Source: Paraphysomonas bandaiensis
Lineage: Eukaryota; Protista; Chrysophyceae
Direction of reading: 5' to 3'
Assembly (NCBI GenBank): GCA_965644295.1
Contig: CBFFRP010000062.1
Span: 1-12,442 of the forward strand
Length of the DNA: 12,442 nucleotides
In this document: positions 1 through 8,420 of the stretch, piece after piece
Position numbering within the stretch: position 1 is the stretch's first letter
Layout of the letters: every line of letters starts with the position of its first letter
Translations under genes and position numbers: made by a program
The notes under the pieces: generated by a model
Databases searched by the model: none
What the model was told of the DNA's origin: nothing
Seen by the model: only the letters and a program-made list of their open reading frames with translations

Positions 1-3000
1 GTGAGCGAAGCGTTCCCCCGGGTGTAAGCATTGTCCATTGCATGTGAAGGTGGTGTGTAGTCAAGCAGAGCAAGCGATGACAATACGACAGAGACAGAGG
101 ATAGCGACATGGCAGCCCCAGCAATCCATGGTGGAATAATGGTGCGGAGAATAATCAAAGATAATCCACCAGCAATTGGGATCGCGACAGTATTGTAGGC
201 CAATGCCCAGAAGAGGTTTCTTTTAATGCACCGTATGATAGCACGAGATAAATCAATAGCAACTACCACACTGAATAAATCTGCCCGCATAAGCACCATG
301 TCTGCACTATCCATCGCTACATCTGTGCCTCCACCAATAGCGATTCCCACATCAGCCTGAGCAATCGCTGCAGCATCATTGATACCTAAACAAGAAACAG
401 CAATAAGAAGCTTGGGGAAATACAGAACAACCACTCACCATCGCCAGAAAAACCGACAACTTCTCCGTCCTGTTGCAGGCGCTTCACATGGTCCATCTTT
501 GTGTTAGGAAGAGCCCCTGCTATTATATTCTCCGTAGGAATCCCAACCTCCGCGCCGAGTGCTTTCGCTGTTCGTGCATTGTCGCCAGTCACCATCCAAA
601 CAGCCACACCCTGCGCACGTAACGCAGCTACCGTATTAACTGCTTCTGGTCTTGGAGGGTCAGTGATTTGAAATAGACCACACAACACATCGTCAACAGC
701 AACAAATATAGCGATTGCTCCGCTATTCTGCAAGTGCTCAGAGTACTTCACATACTCATCGATGTAACTGCCCGTAGCCCCCGCTTCTTGCATAAACGTC
801 AGAGATCCGACCATTACTCGCGTGCTACCAACGGTACAGCGAATCCCTCGACCTGTGGTGGCTTCTATGTTTGAGCACTCGTCGAAGGCAGGCATGTCGC
901 GATGCATACGAGCGTGTTGTACGACAGCCCTACCGAGAACGTGCTCACTATTTGTCTCTGCACAAGCGGCGAGCCATACCAGCTGTGAGAAGTCCATAAA
1001 CTCAAAGTTTTGCGTGGGAACCTCATCAGTGGACTTGTCCCCGAGAGGGCCGAGTGAGTGACACTTCTCCACGGATACAACAATATCACCAGCATCGTTT
1101 TCGTCAACAATTTCAGGCAAACACACTTTCACAGCAGCTCCTGCCGAGCGGTTGAATAGATGTACAGCGGTTACTCTTGGCTGACCCTTGGTGATGGTCC
1201 CTGTTTTGTCAAATACAACAGTTGTTATCTTGTCGGCCGTCTCCAGTGACTCGCCACCTTTTATGAGTATTCCGAGCTTCGCCCCCACTCCTACATTACC
1301 CATAAGTGCAAAACATGACAGATATGTAAAAGAAACCTGTTCCGACCATGATAGCTGTTGGAGTACTCAGTCCAAGTGCACATGGGCATGCAACAACAAG
1401 CGTGCTAATTGCCAAAGTGAAAACGATATCAAGATCTCCTCGACGTTCTGGAAGAATGCTATGCGGTACACTGTCCGTATAGAGTAACACAATCCAAACC
1501 ACAAATACCACTACAGCACAGAGCAATATAAACAGCGTAAACACACCAGCAATGGTGTCCGCTAACTGCTGGATTTTGGCTTTCTGTGTCTGCGCGGACT
1601 CTACCAGACTGATTATCTGCTGCAATACTGAGTTCTCAGGAGCATCGCGCACCCTCACATACACGAGCCCCTCCACAAGTTGGCTTCCGCCTATCACATC
1701 AGAGCCTATGGCCTTTTGCACAGGTATAGCCTCGCCAGTAATTAGCGCCTCATTAGCCTCTCCCTCACCAAATATGACTTCTCCATCCGCAGGGAATACA
1801 GCCCCTCGAATGACTTTCACAACGTCATCTTTCTGTATCATATCAGTTGATATTTCTTTTTCGACAGGTGCAGCGCCACTCTCGGAGGTGTCGTAATCCG
1901 TTAGAAGTAGTGCTACTTTTGCTTGTCTATCCATCAATGTCTTAAGTGCAGATGACGTCCTGGCCTTAGCACGCATCTCCATTGCCTTTCCGAGGAGCAT
2001 GAAAGTTATGAGCATTGCCGCTGTCATGATATGGTCGGGGTAGGACTCCACTACACCTCCCAAGCATATGCTATACAGCACGCTGAAGAGGCCAAATAAG
2101 TAGGCAAATGAGGTTCCAATAGCTATCAGAAGCCCCATACCATAGGTACCCACAAGCATGCCGTTATAAGCCTCCTACATTTCAGGATCAGTCGTACACG
2201 CACGGATTATAATTTCCACCTACCTTATAAAAGCGCCATCCGGTTATGAACTGCACCGGTGTGACTAACATGATCGTTACCAGTGACATGACTGAAAGCC
2301 CTGGGACGATGGGCACCATCAGCGAACCTATTACACCAATTACGACGCAAGAATTTTCAAATGCGTATTTCGTATCCACCTGACCACATTATTATCGCAA
2401 CTGGGATAGTTAAGCCAAGAGCAAAGAAAAACTGCCGCTCTATTCGACGCAGATCCCGTTGTTGCCGCAAGAACATGCCAGAACCCTTCCCCTGCAATAA
2501 CATGTTAGAAAGTTCACTGTCGAGGTGAAGGTACTTGCTTGGCGGGCGAGGACAGAAACGTCGAAATCAGAATACAGATGTGATAGTTTGTCGAACACCT
2601 CCCGCAGTCCAATAATTGTAGAATCATATGTCACATTCAGGACTGACTCTAAAGAGAACTTCAGAGAGAATTATGATATACAGACGGCCAAACCTCCAAC
2701 ATGATCTGTGGAGCTTTTGGCGTTGGTGAAACGCGGCAAGATTGCAGTCCACAAACTCTCATCCTCACCCTCAGTCCCAAGGGCAGAAGAAAGGGCATTG
2801 CCTTGCAGCCTGCGTACTATTAATTCCCAGGTACATCAAAATCATACTCTAACCATTGAACCTCTTTGATAGAATTTTCAGATCCGATGTTTTGAATCAT
2901 CTCGAGGAGTTCCTCTTTCCGGTACAATTCTTCTGCCTTCATTGTGTCTCCGGTACCCTGGTTGTATTCTGATGAGAGGAGTAAACCGGAAGAAGGAACG

Positions 3001-4778
3001 AAGCGGAAATTGCGACTCGTTAGTCCAATCGCCTCTCCTTTAAGAGTACTAATAACTTCCGCCTCGTACCCCGCGCCGTTGATATCCTCCACAAGCTGTT
3101 GTGCGCTAACTTGACCACCATCGTACTCAACCTTCAGCTCCATTAGCTATGCGTACACCAAATATATAAAAAATACAACTCCCTACCTCAGCCTTCTCCG
3201 TAAGAAGTGCCACAGACACCCGCCGCACCGAATTATGCTTTCTGATAACGCGTTCCACTGCTGCTACGCAAGCCCCACATGTCATTCCTCTCACCTGCAA
3301 CACCGACAGCTCCAGAGACTCAGCTGGAGTAAAACCGCAAACAGGGTCAGTGATGTTTGAGTGTTTCGAATTCCTCTCTTCCTCAGAAATTTGTGACGAG
3401 GACGCTGGGAGATGGTGTTCATCCGTAAGGCTCTCGTAATTGCGTTCCTTTCCCAATACCCGAACTATAAAACCTGTCAGCGATGCAGCTTTGAGGAGGC
3501 TTTCCAAGCTCGCAGAACCGCGAACTGTTAGTATCCCCGACTGTGGGTCAAGCTGTATGCATGCCACCCCTGGTACACTTTTCATAGCCCCCGCAGTGTT
3601 CTTCCCACCATCAGCAATATTAGTAATGTTATCCACGGCAAGAGTGATACTCTGGCTACGTTTATGTATCTGTGCATCGTATCCCACATCTTCAACTGCA
3701 CTGACCACAGAGTTCATATCGCAAGAGTCATCCACAGATATAGCCGCCATACTCTGATCCAAACAAACAGCAACATACTGAACCCCAGGAACAGCTCCCA
3801 CTGCCCGTTCAACAGTGTCGACACAGTGTCTACAGTGCATTCCCTCCACTTTGACATACCGTACCTGACGTGGGTATGTCCACTCTACATCATAACCAGC
3901 TGACTCCACAGCCAACGCGACGACCTCGCGACAAGATCCCTCCGGACCGTAGGAGACATGAAGCTGCTTATTGTCAAAGTCAACCTCCGCAGAAACTACA
4001 CCCTTCACAGAGAGCGCAGCATTCTTCACTCTCTTGGCACAGTTCTCCATACACATCATTCCGCTTATTCCAAACGTGTCGCTGTTCACATTATAACCGG
4101 ACTTTACAGCGGCTTGGAGAACTGCCTTGAGGCTGGCACACCCACGAACCCTTAAGACCCCACTATGAATGTCACATTTCGCGCAAGCAACTCCTGGCAC
4201 AGTCATTATGGGGCTGGAAATATCAGTGCGACTATTCTGGTCCGTCTGCACCAAATACCCGACTTAAAACAAAGGTAGAGATTCCCATCCACAGAACTTA
4301 CATTTAAGGCAACAGTTACATTTTGATTTCCTTCACACTCCGTAGCTCCAAAACCCACATCTTCAACTGCTCTGACCACAGAGTTCATATCGCAAGAGTC
4401 ATCCACAGATATAGCCGCCATACTCTGATCCAAACAAACAGCAACATACTGAACCCCAGGAACAGCTCCCACTGCCCGTTCAACAGTGTCGACACAGTGT
4501 CTACAGTGCATTCCCTCCACTTTGACATACCGTACCTGACGTGGGTATGTCCACTCTACATCATAACCAGCTGACTCCACAGCCAACGCGACGACCTCGC
4601 GACAAGATCCCTCCGGACCGTAGGAAACATGAAGCTGCTTGTTGTCAAAGTCAACCTCCGCAGAAACTACACCCTTCACAGAGAGCGCAGCATTCTTCAC
4701 CCTCTTGGCACAGTTCTCCATACACATCATTCCATCAATCGTTAAAGTAGTATCTGTATCATTTTCCTCCATTCTCAT
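1..4778 (-). CDS. P1B-1 type Cu(I)-transporting P-type ATPase (ATP7/RAN1/CopA family), 10 exons in window, 3' end beyond left edge
   Basis: Predicted exons (minus): 4778-4302, 4245-3187, 3131-2854, 2809-2694, 2648-2539, 2491-2380, 2327-2224, 2174-1337, 1290-439, 385-<1. Introns are 44-56 bp and all phases are compatible (about 1,440 aa in window). Motifs: HMA domains (GMMCMENC x2, GMHCRHC x2, GMTCGAC), TGE (TGEAIPV), CPCALGL, DKTGT, TGDN, GDGIND (split by intron 386-438), YN (LAYNTVAIP) and MSLSS. CPC + YN + MxxSS is the established P1B-1 Cu+ signature. Confidence 0.95.
3683..4733. repeat. Intragenic direct duplication: two 380-bp copies (3683-4062 and 4354-4733), each encoding two HMA domains
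   Basis: Base-by-base comparison at offset 671 shows only 4 differences in 380 bp: three synonymous and one R/S change. The duplicated protein text is visible in ORFs 4206..4778 and 3127..4254. Confidence 0.97.
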
Positions 4779-5083
4779 TGTAGATCCTGTCGAGAGTATT
4801 ATGATTGAAGTAAGATATAAGTCACAGCAACCTTACGCAAGGAACTGCACTGGATATATATGTATATATGTATAATATTCCAGTCTGTTTGAACACACTG
4901 AGTGGAAGAATATGAAGTGAAGTGGAGTGAATATAATAATGTGACGAACACCAGACTTGTTTTTCCACCAGTGCTGTTGTTCACCTCACTCCTAAGCGCT
5001 ATTTTTCTTAACATATTCCTCCACCATCTCGAAGGATACAAGGAATACAGTATCGGTATCTATCGTATTTCGTATTGTATATA

Positions 5084-5104
5084 CAGTGGATGGCCCCTAT
5101 AAGG
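5084..5104 (+). repeat. Left terminal inverted repeat (21 bp)
   Basis: CAGTGGATGGCCCCTATAAGG, exact reverse complement of 8167-8187, preceded by TA. Confidence 0.96.
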
Positions 5105-5117
5105 ATCTCAAATGGGC

Positions 5118-5151
5118 GCACCTTATAGGGGCCAGGCACCTTATAGGGGCC
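5118..5151 (+). repeat. Two subterminal copies of GCACCTTATAGGGGCC (5118-5133, 5136-5151); putative transposase-binding sites
   Basis: Exact 16-bp repeats that share the inner core of the TIR. Another copy lies at 8150-8165. The binding-site role is inferred from known pogo-family ends. Confidence 0.85.
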
Positions 5152-5176
5152 GGGGGGGAGCTGTCACACACCACCA

Positions 5177-5236
5177 CATAATACAGCATAATACAGCATA
5201 ATACATCAGAATACCTCATAATACATCAGAATACAA
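5177..5236 (+). repeat. Degenerate 10-bp minisatellite, about 6 units (consensus CATAATACAG/CAGAATACAT)
   Basis: Units: cataatacag cataatacag cataatacat cagaatacct cataatacat cagaatacaa. Confidence 0.85.
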
Positions 5237-6440
5237 TCGTATACTGTAGCGGTGGGTGTTTCAAATGTAGCGAAATTTATATTCTCAGCATGATGTTTAT
5301 CACACTATTCCACTCTAGCAGAGCTAGCATCCGACAGTCAACATGATGAGATCTGTGATTGAAGCCACATGTTCAGGACTATATGAGACACATTTGGTAT
5401 AATTTGTAGCCTTCGTTGTTATGATTTTATTATCAAATTCGACAGCGCAAAATAGATACATTTTCGAATTAATTCACGGCCACATATCAGCGCGAAGAAG
5501 TTATAGCCATCAGTAGAGATTAGCGCAGTATGTTCTCTTAAAATGTTTCAACGATTATTGATTGTTTGTTTCATTTATATTGGACAGATATGGAGTATTG
5601 TTGTCTGCGTTGTCGGTGATGTTTTCTTTGTGTTTTACAATTAACCTCCAGACCGCCGGATGGCCCCAAAACACCTGAACTGTCCAAATGGTAGTGTTAT
5701 ATACCATTATATAACAGGATTGAACTGTGATTTTAGCAATTGGACCCCCCTCGTGCTTCTCTGTGTTGCAGAATTGACTCTTACCCTTTTCTTCATTTTT
5801 TATCACCCTATACTATATAGTATCCTACATATAATTGTATACGCCAAATATATAATTGCACTGCATAATACTGAAACACTAAGCTAATATGAACACCGTA
5901 AAGCAGTCACAACTATACTTTACTATGCTGCACACGCCACACAATCCTATACTAACATATATATAATACTGACACACTGGCCTACTAAATATATTATACA
6001 GTAGTGTGCCATGCTATCTTATACTACACTTCGATGTACCTACTTACTCTTTAATATGCCACAGTATAATGTACTATACGGTATGGTGACAACTAACATA
6101 CCGTCCTAAAAAATCCTACAGTACTACTTTAAATTATCCCTTCCTCTCTTTTTCCATCTCAGATCTTGAAGTCAGTTCACCCTACAGAACTTACTAGTCT
6201 AGTCCACTAGTAGCACTAGCAAACAAGCTGAGATGATGGTAATAATGATATTATTATAAAGTTATTACTAATTACAATAAATCTTATAACAATAGTATCG
6301 TAAAAACGTGTGGCTATTAGCTAAAACGGACTAATAACGAAGTATGTAAGTATTTATTAAAAAGAAAAGCAATAAAAAATAAAGCAAAGTATAATGATTC
6401 ATAGTAGAGCTGATGCAAATAAGTGGTAGGTGGTAGTTTG

Positions 6441-8079
6441 TTATACATCACCGTCGTAGCTAGGATTGACCAACACATCAAACACCTGGGCCTCCTGAAC
6501 TCTTGGATCGTCTTCCAAGCTGACCCAATGCTCCATGGCCCCAGCACTAGCCTGGCTTGCAGAACGAATATTAGCCAATTCAACACTAGCTACGTCGTCT
6601 GGAATGCTGAGCGCAAGCTGATTCATCAACATCAGCATGGAATCGACATTGACTTTACCGTGCGATCGCGCTAGTGAACACTCTTCCTGTTCCGGCAGCA
6701 GTCCGGTCTTCAGCCAACACCGCACAATGGTGTTAGCATCCACTCTGTCCCATGACTGCTGAGCGAGGTGCATCGCATCTCTGACGTCTGCCTTCTTTCC
6801 AGCAGCAAGGGAACTTTTTGGGAAATCATCTGGAAGAGGCTTTCCCAGGGCTAATGCCACTGTACTTTGCGACAGCTGGTAGCGGTAGCCGGTTTTAAAA
6901 GTCTTAATGATTCCCGCGTCCATGGGTTGAACTCTTGATGTCACGTTTGGGGGAAAGCCCTCAATGCGAACTTGCCCCCTCGGATCCACCAGGTCGCCAT
7001 GGGAGCTATGGTTATCCATGAGTAAGAGCACAGGTTCATCTGTCGTGGCTCTGATATGGGGCAAAAATACAGTTTGAAACCATTGTAGAAACACCACTTT
7101 ATCGCTCCAAGCATTCTTCTGATAAAAGTAGGCACCAGTGTCCATCAAAGGATGGTTACGTAAGCATCTGGGACGCTTCGAAGAGCCTATGTATCCTAAC
7201 TTCACTTTGGTACCAGTGGCACTGGTGCACATATAAAGCGATATACGGCTCTTATCTGTCATAGACTTGGACCCACGAACATCGTGGGAGCTTTCACTGG
7301 AAAAAATATAGCTCCTGTTTGGAAGGCACCGGTAGTAAAGCCCCGTCTCGTCCTGATTGTATACGTTGCGAGCAGGATACTCCGCAATGATTGCTCGGAG
7401 CTCATTCATCCTAGCAATTGTGGCTGGCATTTTCAACACTTCGTCGGCATTGGCCCCTTCACCGTGGAGCCCAAGAGACTTCAAATGACGCCGCTCTATA
7501 AGTCCACGGATAAATTTCTCTCCAACCTGGAATGTGCGTAAGAATGCTTTATCATCTTCTGTGGTTGCAGGATGGCGGGTGAGATCCTCTCTTGCAAATT
7601 CCCCGAGGATTGTGAGAATCTATAGGAAAATTGTAAACAACATGAATGAATGTACATATATATATAATTCATACGTGTCTTGACACGGCCAAATTATTAT
7701 TTCTCAGCAACACAGCTTGCTCAATTAAACTATTTTCAATTTGTAATATAATGCTCCGGACGTTTCTCTTCCGCTGATATCCTTGAAATATATCATACGG
7801 ACCTCCTTTTACTATTTTTTGCACTGTGGACTTCCCGCCCGCAATACCAAATTTTACACCAGCATCGGCATGTTTTAATGCATCCACTTTTACAGCATTA
7901 AAAACTTTCTGTTTTGTTTCAAAAGTATACCACTTTCGTTTATTGCACGGTATACACACAGGCCTTGGGAGTGCCTGAATAACTGAAGGTTGGTGGGTGG
8001 GAGGGGTGGGTGGGGGAATAATCGGGGAATAAACAGGTCTGAACATAGTAGCTATATGTAGTATCTCGTTGTTTTCCAT
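6441..8079 (-). CDS. pogo/Tigger-family transposase (CENP-B-like N-terminal HTHs + DDE_1 catalytic domain), 2 exons, about 527 aa
   Basis: Exon 1 is 8079-7675, followed by a 55-bp phase-0 GT-AG intron (7674-7620; GTATGA...CCTATAG), then exon 2 at 7619-6441, in frame with ORF 6441..7484. N-terminal KRKWYTFETKQKV...KSTVQKIVK resembles the psq/CENP-B HTH, followed by ...RRHLKSLGLHGE. The catalytic triad is NQDETG / LMDNHSSH / QPMDAGII, with 31 residues between D2 and D3 (DD31D). There are no stops or frameshifts. Confidence 0.93.
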
Positions 8080-8149
8080 AGGTATGTACTGAGATATTAG
8101 AAGATTTATTCTTGTTGACCACAGGTGGACAAAAAAAACGACGTCAAGT

Positions 8150-8166
8150 GCACCTTATAGGGGCCA
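8150..8166 (+). repeat. Subterminal copy of GCACCTTATAGGGGCCA abutting the right TIR
   Basis: Directly tandem to the TIR copy: CACCTTATAGGGGC-CACCTTATAGGGGCCATCCACTG. Confidence 0.85.
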
Positions 8167-8187
8167 CCTTATAGGGGCCATCCACTG
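8167..8187 (-). repeat. Right terminal inverted repeat (21 bp)
   Basis: CCTTATAGGGGCCATCCACTG followed by TA (8188-8189). Confidence 0.96.
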
Positions 8188-8420
8188 TAGTGATCTGTTG
8201 TGTACGCTGCTGTACAGAGCTGGGCTGTCAAATTCGAAATTTGGAATTTGTCGTCTCACATTATGATGATGGCGTGAGCAGACATGTACATGTACAGTGT
8301 ATATAGGGATTAAAGGCGAATCATTCGCAACACAGCCTTTTGAAAATATCTCACCATCACTGTTGCTGTCACTTAATACTTCCTTCAACTTGAGTAGGTG
8401 CTGTGCGGTGTAGTGGAGTC

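Larger units (their letters stand above)
5084..8187 (-). mobile_element. Full-length pogo/Tigger-like (IS630-Tc1-mariner superfamily) DNA transposon, 3,104 bp
   Basis: Perfect 21-bp TIRs: CAGTGGATGGCCCCTATAAGG (5084-5104) and CCTTATAGGGGCCATCCACTG (8167-8187). TA dinucleotides flank both sides (5082-5083, 8188-8189). The TIR starts with CAGT, as is typical of pogo/Tigger, and the element encodes a DDE_1-type transposase. Confidence 0.96.

Noticed and set aside
1-4778. Fragmented ATPase ORFs read as a pseudogene or as several genes
   Set aside because: Every break is bridged by a 44-56 bp intron with compatible phase.
822-4875. Multiple plus-strand ORFs (822-1061, 1188-1487, 1552-1896, 3440-3757, 3664-3903, 3870-4130, 4323-4574, 4541-4750 etc.)
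   Set aside because: They are antisense shadows of the ATPase exons with no recognisable motifs. The duplicated ones simply mirror the HMA duplication.
5084-5240. Repeats at the left end as a CRISPR-like array
   Set aside because: There are no unique spacers of regular length and no cas genes, the context is eukaryotic, and the repeats are explained as TIR/subterminal motifs and a minisatellite.
5658-5667. GGATGGCCCC, a 10-bp match to the TIR inside the element
   Set aside because: Too short to exclude chance, with no CAGT terminus or TA flank.
5687-5716. Two mutually exclusive hairpins (AATGGTA/TACCATT and TGTTATATA/TATATAACA)
   Set aside because: Short AT-rich stems are expected by chance in this composition, and nothing else supports a switch.
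5555-5887. Overlapping short ORFs 5555-5806 (-) and 5660-5887 (+) as transposon cargo genes
   Set aside because: They are short and AT-rich with no domain-like features, and I could not build a consistent spliced model.
5152-6440. Fanzor/TnpB-type RNA-guided nuclease or Helitron end inside the transposon
   Set aside because: No RuvC or zinc-finger-bearing ORF is visible, and the hairpin at 6078-6104 is not positioned just upstream of the CTAG cluster as a Helitron 3' end would require.
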